In this document: piece after piece, positions 41,352 through 54,891 of the stretch
How positions within the stretch are numbered: position 1 is the stretch's first letter
How the letters are laid out: each line of letters begins with the position of its first letter
Assembly (NCBI RefSeq): GCF_006345805.1
Contig: NC_043003.1
Span: 19,530,001 to 19,594,000, forward strand
Direction of reading: 5' to 3'
Origin: Octopus sinensis
Taxonomy: Eukaryota
DNA length: 64,000 bases
The notes under the pieces: generated by a model
Told to the model about the DNA's origin: nothing
Seen by the model: only the letters and a program-made list of their open reading frames with translations
The model's database searches: none
Made by a program: the position numbers and the translations under genes

Positions 41352-42449
41352 GAAATGTTCAGTGTGTTCTCTTTGATGAACGAGATTTTTTTCTGCATGT
41401 CTGCATTTCAGACATATACCTTGTCGCAATTTAAAAGTCGACCGCCAGACAGTAAACCATTAACGTCTGGTTTACGTCTGCTCGGCATCAAATGATTATC
41501 ATCGGTTATCCCTTGTGCTTTTCAATATAATTTCCATGAAATACGCCAAGTATTTCAAGCAACCTTGTGTTTTTCTATGCAAGCGTCTCTTGTTTAAACG
41601 TTATCAGCTCAAAAGACAACTGACAAGCCGTCATGTTTTCAGATTGATAAATTGCAAAATAAATTATTTCGACCAGGTTGCTGTAATTACAAAATTCATG
41701 GATTAAAAAATTTTTTTTATTTCGAGATAATCTTTACTAAATGGTGGAATAAATTATTATTTCGACCAGAAAACCCTGAGTAGCTGTAATTAAAAGATTT
41801 GTGGTTCTTTTATTTGAAGATAATCCTCACTCCCTTAGCTGATCGAGTGCTTTTTCTAGACGAAGCATTATCACACACACACAGCATATTAGATCTCTAA
41901 CAGAATACAAAGACGTCTCTCTCTGATGATTAATTGCAGTTCAGCATCCAAATACACGTGGAACATCCGATGCTTAGTTCCAAATAACTGCAATGGTAAA
42001 ACGTACCTAAGAACTAACAATTTGTACTCATCTTAATTTTTAACTATATATGCTCTGTATATCAAAACTTGCTACACTGCTAAGTACAATGGTATACTAA
42101 CCACTATACTAGAAGCTTACTGGATACCGATAATCTACATGGAGCAATAAATTCATACATTTAACTGCATGCACACTTTATAATAGTTGTTCCTGGTAGA
42201 TTTGTTTAACGAATGCATTCTTCAAGCATATTATGATCTTGAGATTGTATGGCGAAATGATGTCTGCATGAATCTCCCATAAATAACTTTTGTAATAGTG
42301 CCACTCCCTGGTTCTTTATAAAACATACTAGTCATTAAAAGAAATAGAGTTGTCATAACAAGAAAGTTTCAACTTTCATTATGGTTTAAAATATGTAACT
42401 TTAAATGCTTTTAACTTCTCTATTATGAATTTTCCAAAATAATAACTGC

Positions 42450-43770
42450 AGGAGAAATACCTAGCCAAAGATAAACCTCTGTACTTGGCTTTTGTTGACT
42501 TGGAGAAAGCGTTTGACAGGGTCCCCCAATTCCTTGTCTGGTGGTCAGTGTGGAAACTGAGGATAGACAAGTGGCTGGCAAGAGCTGTACAAGTCCTGTA
42601 CAGGGATGCTGTCAGTAAGGTGAGGTTTGGCAACGAGTATAGTGTAAAATTCCAAGTAGAAGTAGGGATTCACCAAGGATCAGTCCTCATCCCCCTTTTA
42701 TTCATTATTGTCCTCCAGGCAATAACAGAGGAATTCAAGACAGGTTGTCCCTGGGAGCTCCTCTATGATTTTGCTCTAATAGCTGAGTCCCTGATGACTT
42801 TGCTCTAATAGCTGAGTCCCTGATGACTTTGCTCTAATAGCTGAGTTACTGCCAGATCTGGAGACAAAATTTAGGGCATGGAAACAAGGTCTAGAATCGA
42901 AGGGCCTTAAGGTTAACCGAGCAAAAACCAAAGTCTTAGTAAGTAGGAAGGCTGTCAAATCACAACCCACTTCAGGTAGATGGCCCCACTCAACCTGTAG
43001 AAACGGCATGGGTAGAAACTCCATACAATGCACCCATTGTAAGCTATGGACATATAAGGTGCAACAATATCAAAGGAAGGTTAACTGGGAAAATAGTTTT
43101 TGCGTGTGGCAGATGCACTGGAGCAATAAACACTGAAGATGTACAGAAAACATGCCAGTGGGAGAAACTATAAGTAGTTAATAGCTTCTGCTACCTAGGC
43201 AACCAAGTCTGTAGTGAGAGTGGTTGCTCTGAGAGTATAGCAACTAGAGTAACAATAGCCTGGACAAAGTTCAGGGAGCTCCTACCTCTGCTGGCAACTA
43301 AGGGCCTCTCACTCAGGGTGAAAGGTAGACTGTATGATGCATGTGTGCGAACTGCCATGCTACACGACAGTGAAACATGGGCCATGAATACTGAGGACAT
43401 GCATAGGCTTGAAAGAAATGAAGCTAGTGTGATCTGCTGGATGTTTAATGTCAGTGTGCAAACACGACAGAGTGTAAGTGCTCTGAAAGAAAAGTTGGGC
43501 ATAAAAAGTATTGAGTGTGGTGTGCAAGAGGCGTCTGCGCTGGTATGGTCATGTCTTACGTATGTATTAAGACAGCTGCGCGTGGAAAGGCCACTCCCTA
43601 ACTGTAGAAGGAACCCGTGGAAGAGGTAGACCCATGAAGACATGGGATGAGGTGGTGAAGCATGACCTTCGAACATTGGGCCTCACAGAGGCAATGACAG
43701 GAGACCGGGACCTTTGGAAATATACTGTGATAGAGAAGACCTGGCAACTAATGTGAGATCGCAGCAACGC
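42450..43770 (+). mobile_element. RTE LINE fragment (RT domain to C-terminus), degenerate
   Basis: AFVDLEKAFDRVP, HQGSVLIPLLF, GRLYDACVRTAMLH motifs; frameshifts. Confidence 0.88.
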
Positions 43771-43774
43771 ATGT

Positions 43775-44230
43775 CTGGCCCTGTCGGCAGAAGAATCACC
43801 TGCTTATCTTCAAGCAAAGAGATTATTGATGCTGCTGCCCCATACTACAATGAGGCTCTGGCTACCAGCGGTTTCAAAGATAGGATTAGTTACACACCAG
43901 ACCCTAACCCTTCCAAGAGAAAGCACCACCGGAAAGTGTTGTGGTTCAAACTGCCCTTACCCTTCTCTTTAAGTGTTAAAACACTTAACTTAGTTGATAA
44001 GCACTTCCCTCATACAAATAGGCTCAACAAAATATTCAGTAGGTATACCCTGAGAATTTCCTATAGCTGTGCACTCAGTGTAAAAAAGATTTTAGTGGGT
44101 AAGATGCTCATGTAGGGGTAGCAAAACATGTCCACTGAATGGCTACTGTGACATGGAGATAAGGCAGAGGTAACAGCCGCAGGACCAAATGGACAGCCAA
44201 ATGCACGTTTTGTAATGTCCCCTCTATGTT
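43775..44230 (+). mobile_element. Penelope-like element fragment
   Basis: AAPYYNEAL..SGF..RKVLWF..LVDKHFP..KIFSRYTLRISYSC, typical of the Penelope RT C-terminal region. Confidence 0.75.
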
Positions 44231-44409
44231 ATGCCTTTATGGCAAAATTTTGAAATAAAGAAGCTTACTTCCCAACCATATGGTTGCAGGTTCAGTCCCA
44301 CCTTAGGCAATTGTCTTCTACTATAGACTCAGGACGACCAAACCCTTGTGAGTGGTTTTGGTAGACAGAAACTGAAAGAAGCCCATTATATACATACATA
44401 TATACATAC

Positions 44410-44473
<64 letters not shown>

Positions 44474-46850
44474 CACACACATATATATATATTTACATAT
44501 GTGTGTGTATGTGTTTGTCCCCCAACCCCCATCATCACTTTACAGCTGGTGTTGGTGTGTTTATGTCCCTGTAACCTAGTGATTTAGCAAAGAGACTGAC
44601 AGAATAAGTACTAGGCTTGAAAAATAAGTACTGGGGTCGAATTGTTCAACAAAAACCCTTCAAGGCAGTGCCCCAGCATGGTCACAGTCAAATGTCTGAA
44701 ACAGAATAAAAGAATAGAAATTTATGCATGTTTTCAAACTTTTAGTTAGCTTTTGTTTTTTACATTAATTAATATAAAACTTTCCTTTCATAAGTCCCAA
44801 GTAACTCTGGAGTTGAAAAAACTGGGACTATGTATCATTTGATGCAGGCTTGTGTATCACATATATACAAGATAGGCAAAGCGTTAATAAACATGAGATC
44901 ATTTACATAATTAATTCACATTGTAGACCTTGTTCCTGTCCTCATAAGGTTCTTACTAATAAAACTTCATTTGCACTGAGAAGAGCTGTATGGCACTTCT
45001 TTTGAACATCCAGTTAAAGGTTTCAGACCTGATGGAATATATTTCATTTACTATTGTCTAGAAAGTCTGCATGATGCAATTGCCTTTGAAAATAGTGGTC
45101 GAAGACATTTGCAAAATTTCATTTCTCCAATATCCTTTCTTTATCTCAGCTGGTCACTCAAGATCTTCTAATGTATCCAGGTCAGCAAATAATGTTGGGA
45201 ATGAAGTTAGAAGTGCTTGGTTAGACAAATCTCAGGAATTTGGATCTGCATGAATAAAATATACATAATCCATCCCGCCCACTTCATGTTTCCAATATAT
45301 TAAAAATAGATTTGTTGTAAGTGTAGGATTCCTCCATTAGACTGGCTATTTTCCCATTTTTTAAGGAAGTGTCTGCAGGCTTTTGCAAATGCAATCCTTA
45401 TTAAATGCTTATGTCATTTAATTCTTGTACAATATATCAAAATAGTTGTGTTTTTTTTTCTGCAGTAAATATATGCAATTCTAAATATTTTGCAAGTAGC
45501 CTCTGCTTCAGGTTTATGCACAGTTGTTTCAAACTGTTATTTCCTTGCACTCTGGAGAAATACCACACTAACACCATTAATGTGTGCTTGTATCTTTGAA
45601 TGAAGTAAGCATTTTTGTTTTCTCAAGGTTGATAATGGGATTGATTTTACATTACTGTTGAAACTGAGTTTGGGCTCCAATCTTTTGAAACACAAGCACC
45701 TTATGATTTACATGGATTTGAACCTATATCGGTCATTCAAGAGTGCACTGCATGTTCTGCAAAATTACTCATATACCTTGGGTAAGCCTTTTATTTTTCC
45801 CCTGGTATGATCACCAATCCATATTTCAGGCCAAGCAAACTTAGTTCTAATTTGTCTTTGTACTGTAATTTCTCTACATATACTGCAGAATCATAAGAAA
45901 TACTTCCTTATGGAATTACTTTCCCCACGTAAAAAGCACCCACCACACTCTTGGAGTGGTTGGCGTTAGGAAGGGCATCCAGCTGTAGAAATTCTGCCAG
46001 ATCAAGATTGGAGCCTGGTGCAGCCATCTGGTTCGCCAGTCCTCAGTCAAAATCATCCAATCCATGCTAGCATGGAAAGCGGACGTTAATCGATGATGAT
46101 GATGATGATGATGACACCCAACATGACTTATGGAATCATTTGTACAAATTGCACTTTTTTCTTTCTGTGTCATTACAATTTTTTGCATAAGTTTGCAACG
46201 TTTGATTAAACATAGATTTTTTTACCATAACAGATTTACATATTTTTGGAAGTAGCTTAATAGTGAAAGAAGTTCATGTATCTGAGACATGATTGAAAAA
46301 GTGCATGCCCAAGTGGAAGTAAATTTTTATACTCCATCCAGATTGGGTACAGTAGCTGTTAGAATAGAGTTTGCTAAATTTTCCTTTTCCCCCAGCAATT
46401 TGCTTCTTCTGTGCTTTTTCAACCATCCATGAAATATGTCTAGCCATTGGGAAAGACTGCATTGCTTGAAAATAACTGAAGGTTGCCAACAGGAAGAGCA
46501 TCCAGCTGTGGAAAAAAATCTGTCTCAACAAATTCCATCTGATCCATGCAGTCATAGAAAAGTGGACGTTAAAACGATATTGATGACTGCAATATGTATC
46601 TTCACCTCTTATCATTCACAGTGAGGATATCGTATATGAAACCTGTTATTCATAAATAGTGTTGTTACTTTTGACTTTTGCGTTATATGTATTCTCATCA
46701 CAAGATACTTGTCAACCCAAAGCTATAATGGAAAGACATTTTCCTAAGTCGTCATGTCATGAAAATCGAATATGACTTCCCATGGTTTCGACATAAACTT
46801 CTTAACTACACAACCATGCTTACACCTCTCTAATAATGGTATCCCTTCTA

Positions 46851-47056
46851 GGCGGCGAGCTGGCAGAAACGTTAGCACGCCGGGCGAAATGCGTAGTTGT
46901 ATTTCGTCTGCCGTTACGTTTACGTTCTGAGTTCAAATTCCGTCGTGGTCGACTTTGCCTTTCATGCTTTCGGGGTCGATAAATTAAGTACTAGGGTAGA
47001 TCTAATCGACTGGGCCCTCCCCCAAAAATTTCGGGTCTTGTGTCTAGAGTAGAAAA
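46851..47056 (+). repeat. SINE family A copy with target-site duplication
   Basis: Flanked by AATAATGGTATCCCTT-CTA / AATGATGGTATCCCTTACTA. Confidence 0.8.
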
Positions 47057-50000
47057 GAATGATGGTATCCCTTACTATACAGATAATCATTAACGTCATC
47101 ATTATTTATCCACTCCTGTCTGTTCATTAAAGCAATTATTTTTTTTATGCCATTCTGCACAGGATCTTTCTTTTTGTTTTTACAGTCATCTGCTTTTGTA
47201 ATGAAATTAATTTATAAATCTCATACATTTCACATATTTCCATCGGGTAAGCCAGTTACGAAAGTATGGCTGCTCGTTTTGTCGATTAGTTGCAATGTAT
47301 CACTTAGTTTGTTCTTTATTATCTTGATTAGCCTTTACAAAGATTTTCTTAATGTCTTGTCCTCTCTTAATTTCCCCGTATTTCTGCATCTATCGTATCT
47401 AATTACACCAAATAGCGAAGAAAAATATTAGAAAAAACAGTAAGTTATATAAATACATCTCTACTCCTCACTAATTTTAGATTGATTGCTTTTACATGTA
47501 AGGAAACTTTAAAGATAATCTATGAAATTACTGTTTGTATCATTTATCTTAAGATCCTCACAAAGATAATTTTCAGGCAAATTCTTCTAATGACACAGTG
47601 TTCTTTCATAAGTTTTGTTTTAATTTCTTTATTTATACTCTTGTTTCATTGCATTTTGTGTTTTGAAGCAAAAATCATACATTATCACTGTTTGAAATGG
47701 GGGGTAAAAGATGTAAATTATTTTTTAATTTGTTATTCTTGTAATATTTTTCTTTCATAAACTTTCAAAATATCGGTCATTTATTTGACCGCATTCTGTT
47801 CCTTCATAAAGTGTTACGTACGTCCTTGTTACAATGAATTAGGCAAAACCCTTTTATAATTCAAAAAATGGTGGTTGTCGTTAGTGCGCCGTTGTCGCAA
47901 TATATATATATATATATGTGTGTATATAAATATACATACATACATATATATATATGTGTGTGTATATTACTTAGCGAATGTCATGTAGGAAAATATATTT
48001 AAAGCTATTTCTTGCCTTTAACCATCACCATTATGATTAGAAATATTGCATATTTTCAACTTTTTGACGCATATATTTTTTTCTTGTTTGCATCGGTGAT
48101 TCTTAGTGAGGAATTATTTTTCCATTTAGCTCCAGAAATTTTAGTGAAACAAGGTGAACAAAAGAAAAGGACAAAAAAACAAAACAATAACACAGTATCA
48201 GTTAGTAGGACAATGTCCAATTGTATTTGATGTGAAATTTATTGTATTTTTTATATATTGTACATCAATAATACACTTAAGTTTTATTAATAGTTAATGT
48301 TCACAGTTTAAATTCTATAGCACTTGCCAGCTTTGTAAGGCATCAACTGGGCATTTCTATTGTAACCGTGTATGAGTAATTAAATGGTTTGGTGGCCGTA
48401 ATTTTAGGGTGTTAAATAAGAAATTTGCAGTTGTCTTTTGTTACTACAGTCAATGATAACACATGAATATTTCAGTATTCACAACAGTGGTGGCAAGATA
48501 AAAGAAATTTAATTTTCTCATATCAGTATAATAAAAAAAAGCATTAAAAAACCCCTCTTGTTGATGATGGCTATTAGTGTATATGTGGAGCGGAAGAATT
48601 ATTTTCTCTGGCGGTTGTGCTACGGTCAGCTTATCTGGCTTAACGGGGAAATTGCTTTTTTGGCGCTGTCGAGTCATAATCCCTGTAAATACATCCTTGA
48701 CGCGAATAGAACGGAAAGGACAGTCTTGATCTTGTTCCTCTTTGAATTTTTTGTACCATTTAAAATTCTAGAATATTTGCTATTTTCTTTCGATGTTCTT
48801 TTACCGGCCGGCAGAGAGTACCAAGCAAATCTTTGTTCGGTCGAAGGTTAAATAAGTTAAAATAAAATAGAGATATTCGGACGGAATTCTGGTTTAGGCG
48901 CCCCATATAACCCCGGTAGTTTTAGCAGTCGGAAATTAAATAGAAAATGAAATAAATTATACAAAAACTAATTATTGAATTTCTTTCAACGCCTTGACTT
49001 TGTTATATGATCCCATAAAGACCATCTATCTTGGTCGCCCGCCCAATGCCGAAATTTTGTTGCCCTTGACCTGAAGGCCCATTCAAACTTCCATTCAGAA
49101 TGCGATATCACTAGTATTTTGTCATAATCAGATAACTCTAGCTTAATTCAGAATTCTCCCGTATGGAGAAGATACACAAGTCATGTACGGCTAGATCAAC
49201 AAGATGTGTAGTGTCATTTGCCGCGAGTGCGTAAGTGTAACGGAGCAGTTGAATCTTCTGAACTTTGGGTAAAGAAGTTTATGATTGAACCGAAGAATGC
49301 TGAGGCATAGTAATGGGATGCATCGTCTTGAATTTGTATTTCGGTTTCATGGAATGTTTAGTGCAAAAGAGGAAATACAATGGAGTAAGGGTGTTTCTAA
49401 GAGGTCGATGGCTTGCAGAAAACTGAGTGATGCTGTGGCGATATCACGGTCACAGTCGATCACTGACATAACTCTAGAAAATTGCTGCTCCATCGATATT
49501 TGGCATTGCAATGTGTGAGCTGTGATACAAAACTAAAGATTCGATCAACTTTTAAGGAGTTTATCAGTGTTAACGTCAATAATTTCCCTAAATATTGTTC
49601 CTGACAGTGATTTGATATACAGACAGACTTCCGTCCAGCAGAATCGGTCAAAGTTATGGTCTTCAAGCATTATACAATTACAGTTAGGTCTTCGTTGATT
49701 TTGTCACTGGATCCCTCGGAAATTTATCTCCCATAACAAATTTGGATAATTTATGTTAATTTATTTAATTTCAAATAAATGTATATGTACAAAGTTCGTA
49801 ACTACCGAAGCTAGAAAAGATGAAAATCTGAAACAAACGAACTTTGTGACTAAGTTGTTCATACACACAAACAAACAAAATTAAAATTACGAGTGGTAAT
49901 TTTCGTCTCATTTTCACCATTTTCTTTTTTACACTGTCATTTTAGCAATCTGATCTTAAAAACAATTGATTTGTTGCAGTAAACACACATACATATCCAA

Positions 50001-50344
50001 GACTTAGTTATTCTCTATATTTAACAGTCTTTTTAAAAGTTGAAGTTGGAAGTAGGGTTGGGTGCTATTTCTAGTGTATTTGTTTTAAGGTTCAGTCCCA
50101 CTGCATGGCACCTTTGGGGCAAATGTCTTCTTTAACCTTGGGTTGGCCATAGCTTGGTGAGTGGATTTGGTAGATGAAATTGAATGAAGCCTATTGTGTC
50201 AAAATAAAGACCTGCACTCCCTCTCCTGGGTACAATTTCCTTTCAACATCTCATTCATATTTTCCTTACATTGATCACTCCTGTGCTACCAATTATATCT
50301 CTCTCTCCCCTCAAATTCATGTCACCTTTACTCCCAATCTACCT

Positions 50345-50560
50345 TTCTTATTTCTTTATTGCCCACAAAGGGCTAAACATAGAAGGGACAAACAAGGACA
50401 GACAAACAGATTAAGTCGATTACACTAACCCCAGTGCGTAACTGGTACTTAATTTATTGACCCTGAAAGGATGAAAGGCAAAGTTGACCTCGGCAGAATT
50501 TGAACTCAGAACATAACGGCAGACGAAATACGGCTACGCATTTCGCCAGCTCACCACCCA
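50345..50560 (-). repeat. SINE family A copy
   Basis: Matches the family consensus. Confidence 0.7.
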
Positions 50561-51331
50561 ATCTACCTTTCTTTAGTCTTGCAGGTTGCAAGGTGACTTC
50601 ATTAGTGCTGGGGCCGTGAAAATATGCCAAAGCAGGCATTTGAGCATAATGCAGTCCTCTGGCTCATTGGATCCTCTTAAATAGTCCAATCCATGCCAAC
50701 ATAGAAAATGCAAATATGATGGTGGCTGTGTTTGTGCAAAATGGTCTTTCAGTTTTTGTTTTTTCGATTCACTCTCAAGGCTTTGGTTAGCTTGGTGCTC
50801 TAGTAGAAGGCAACTGCACAAAGTCCCACACTATGGGGGCTGAACCTGAGACCATTTGGTCAGGATTAGAAAGTGAACTTAACCACATAAACATGCCTGT
50901 GTCTATATTGTTTTCCATTTTGCTGCTATAACTCAATTATTGCTATGTGAAGGCTGACAGAAAATCAATTTATGGTAAAAGAGAGAAGCAGAACATAGAA
51001 CTGTGAATGCTAATAACTCCAGCCACAAATGAAATGGTTTTGTCTTGATACTTCTCAAATGCAACAGATTTTCAGTGTTTTCATGCATATGGATGACATA
51101 TCATCATCGTCATCATTTTAATGTTCACTTTTTCATACTTGGATGGATTTTGTTAAAGCAGATTTCCTGTGGTAAGATGCCCTTCCTGTCATCAACCCTT
51201 GTGTTTCCAAGCAGGGAAATATTTTCCCATGGCTTGACATGTTTATGCAGAATATTGGAAATGGCACTACTTACTTAGGTGATGGTGACACATACAACTA
51301 GCATACAATGTCATGCAATACACATACACAG

Positions 51332-51366
<35 letters not shown>

Positions 51367-52974
51367 TATATACACATACATGATGGACTTTCAGTTTCTG
51401 TCTCCCAAATCCACTATCAAAACTTAGGTTAGTCCAAGGCTATAGTAGAAGAGGTGCCTGCAGTGGGACTGAACCTGAAACTATGTGATTGGAAGCAAGG
51501 TTCTTAACCATGGAGCCGTACCCGACTTTTTACAAAATATTTTTAGACTTAGAACTCTTGCCTTTGAATACTGTGGTCAGTAGCATGAGAGGAACTAAAA
51601 GAGCTGCAATAGTTTGTGTGACAATCATTGACTGTCCATTCATTGTCTATTCTGAAAGTTAAATATTTTCGCAGAGGACATCTTAAAATTCAGTGCACAA
51701 CGTTGAAAAGACATGTGACAGTGGCAGGATGTGCGAAATGTAATTAAAAGTTAGCTTTCTCTTAATATTCCATAGGCATGCTCAATCCAAGCTATAGTTC
51801 AACACCACCAGGAGTTTTTATGATTCCACTTCAGAAAATAACTGAATTGGATTGTTTCCAGTTACCTTTTTATTTTAACTATTTCTCCATGATGTTTCAT
51901 ATGAATTAGCAAATGTCAATCTATCCTTCAAGTCAAGGATGGCATATTTGCCAGACAATTATTCAATTGTCTTGAAAATATTTGACATGGACCAAGATGC
52001 ATTGCTGTACTCGAAGACCCACCCACCACAACGGAATTGATATCCTAAAACCAAGGTGCCATGCAGAAAGTATTGGTGCTGATGCCACACAAATGGCACT
52101 GGTGGTGGTACTATGTAAAAAGCACCCACTACACTCTGTAAAGTGGTTAGCATTGGGAAGGGCACCTAGCAGTAGGAACCCAACCAAAACAGACTATGGA
52201 ACCTGGTGTGGCCCCTGGCCTTGCCAGCTCCTTTCAAGTCATCCAACCCATGCCAGCATCGAAAACAGATGTTAAATGATGATCACAAAAAGCACCCACT
52301 ATACTCACTGAGTGGTTGGCGTTAGGAAGGGCATCCAGCTGTAGAAACACTGCCAGATCAGACTGGAGCCGGTGCAGCCTCCATGGCTTACCAGACCCCA
52401 GTCGAACCGTCCAACCCATGCTAGCATGGAAAACGGATGTTAAATGATGATGTTCTCTATATTTGGAGAATAATGATATATTGTGTTAAATACAAACATC
52501 TTGCTTGAATGTGCATTCTGACAGCCTAAACATCATTGTCATACTAACGACCTGATTTCATTTTTCCTCCCGTTATATTATCACAAACACTTCAAATTCA
52601 ATTTCAAGTCCCATCACCAATTGGAATCATTCTGCTGTTCATCCCTCCAGAAAGATTTCCTCCTAAGACTATCCACCACATGGCCACATCTTTTCTTCAG
52701 AAATTTTCTGTCTCTTTCTTGTTTTACATTCAGTGTCTGTATTCAAGTTTATTCCCCAGAAACTTCTGTTAATGTTTTATTGTCTTTTATATTTTATACT
52801 GTTTTGTTATTTCAGAATTCCTCTCTCCAAAGATACCCCAAGGAATAAATGAAGAGTATGCAAGACTAAAAAATGACCTTATCAAGATATGTAATATCAG
52901 TTATATAACCTTGAAGTAATTTATGAAGTTGTAAAGAAACGCATTGCATTTGTATTTAATGAACAAGTGGTACA

Positions 52975-54891
52975 ATGGAGGAGGCACAGTGTGAGAGTCC
53001 GCTTCATGATGATGAAGTCAAATCTGAAGACGAGCAGCTTGACGATGAAGTAGGATCCGAGAGTCCAATTCATGATGATATAAAATCTGAGACAAAGTTA
53101 GATATAACAAAGAAACTATACACCTGTGATGTGTGTTTGCTAATATTTTCTGATGTCGGGAGTTTGACAGAGCATAAACAGATACATGGCCCTGAAAAAC
53201 CATATCCATGTGATATCTGTGGCAAATCATTTTCACACAAAACTAATTTAACTCGTCATCACAAACATGCACATTCTGAAGGTAAATCCTGCTGCTGTGA
53301 TATCTGCGGTAAAACATTTATGACAATCGAAACCTTAGCCACTCATAAACGCACTCATACAGATAAGAAACCATATCATTGTGATGTCTGTAGTGAAAGC
53401 TTTACAAAACGTAAAACATTAAATGTCCATAAACGTCGTCACACTGAGAAGCCACACGAATGTGATGTCTGTGGGAAAACGTTCTCTCACAGTGCTTATT
53501 TAACTTCTCACAAACTTACCCATTCAGAAGAGAAACCGTATGAATGTGATAGCTGTAGTAAAACATTTTCTCGGAAAGATTACTTGAAACGTCACAGGCG
53601 TGTTCACACTGGGGAAAAACCATATGAATGCGATGTGTGTGAGAAATCATTCTCTGGTAGTGCAAATCTAACTTGTCATAAGCGCAAACATACAGGTGAA
53701 AAACCGTACGAGTGTAATATCTGTGGTAAAACATTCTCGACAACTGGAAATTTATCTTCTCATAAACGAATTCACTCTGATGAGAAACCGTACGAGTGTG
53801 ATATCTGCCATAGAACATTCTCTCAAAGTGGACATTTAACTAATCATCAAAGTGTTCACACAGGTGAGAAGCCGCATCGCTGTGATGTCTGCGGTAAAAC
53901 GTTTTCAATCATTGGAGATTTAACACGTCACAAACATAGTCACACAATTGAGAGACCTTTCCCGTGTGATGTCTGTGATAAAAAGTTCACAACCAGTGAA
54001 CATTTAGCTTCTCATAAACTTATTCACATAGAGAAACCTCATGAGTGTGATGTCTGCGGTAAAACGTTTTCAAGAAAAAGATATTTAATTAGACACAAAC
54101 ATATCCATACAGGGGACAAGTCTTACCACTGTGACATCTGCGGTAAATCATTCTTCATGCATGCAGACTTAATTCTCCACAAGCAAATTCACACAGGTGA
54201 GGAACCTTACCAGTGTGACATATGTAATAAAATATTTGCAAGAAAGAGGTATTTAGTTAGACACAGACACATTCATAAAGGCAATAAATCTTCCCAGTCT
54301 GATAGTAACTGTGATAAAGATGCACCAGAAGGTGAAAATTCAGTTGATAAAGATGATTCTGGAAACGAAAATTCAACAGCTAGTAAAGATACTCACAAAG
54401 AGAAACTACATCAGTGTGATGCCTGTGGTAAGATATTTGCACAGAAGAGATATTTAATTCGGCACAAACATATTCACTCAGATGAGAAGCCCTACCACTG
54501 TGATACATGTGGTAAAACGTTCTCTCGAAATGACTATTTGACACTTCACAAGCGTGTCCACTCAGGGGTAAAACCATATAACTGTGATGTTTGCGGTAAA
54601 GCATTCTCTACAACTAAAATTTTAACTCGTCATAAACGAATTCACACCGGAGAAAAACCATACCAATGTAACATGTGTGGCAAAACATTTACTTATAAAA
54701 CTACTTTAAATTACCACCACCAGAAAAGCAAAGACTGCCTTTATATACCACACGGCTTGGATGTTCTTGCCTCTCAATCTGTAGCAGAGCCTTCTTATCC
54801 TTTGCCAGGAGCATCGCTAATGACTTCGCAAAGTCCTACAACCCACTATCCTACTTCCAATATGGCTCTGTTAGCAGCACACTCGCTATAA
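52975..54891 (+). CDS. C2H2 zinc-finger protein (17 canonical fingers plus a terminal non-canonical finger), 638 aa, single coding exon
   Basis: Uninterrupted ORF; acidic N-terminus, then 14 fingers, an acidic spacer and 4 fingers; upstream acceptor tttcag| at 52815. Confidence 0.95.
   Translation: MEEAQCESPLHDDEVKSEDEQLDDEVGSESPIHDDIKSETKLDITKKLYTCDVCLLIFSDVGSLTEHKQIHGPEKPYPCDICGKSFSHKTNLTRHHKHAHSEGKSCCCDICGKTFMTIETLATHKRTHTDKKPYHCDVCSESFTKRKTLNVHKRRHTEKPHECDVCGKTFSHSAYLTSHKLTHSEEKPYECDSCSKTFSRKDYLKRHRRVHTGEKPYECDVCEKSFSGSANLTCHKRKHTGEKPYECNICGKTFSTTGNLSSHKRIHSDEKPYECDICHRTFSQSGHLTNHQSVHTGEKPHRCDVCGKTFSIIGDLTRHKHSHTIERPFPCDVCDKKFTTSEHLASHKLIHIEKPHECDVCGKTFSRKRYLIRHKHIHTGDKSYHCDICGKSFFMHADLILHKQIHTGEEPYQCDICNKIFARKRYLVRHRHIHKGNKSSQSDSNCDKDAPEGENSVDKDDSGNENSTASKDTHKEKLHQCDACGKIFAQKRYLIRHKHIHSDEKPYHCDTCGKTFSRNDYLTLHKRVHSGVKPYNCDVCGKAFSTTKILTRHKRIHTGEKPYQCNMCGKTFTYKTTLNYHHQKSKDCLYIPHGLDVLASQSVAEPSYPLPGASLMTSQSPTTHYPTSNMALLAAHSL

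Noticed and set aside
44780-45910. Unique segment with long stop-poor stretches on the minus strand (possible decayed viral or TE coding sequence)
   Set aside because: I could not recognise any motif; needs tBLASTx/HHpred before any call.
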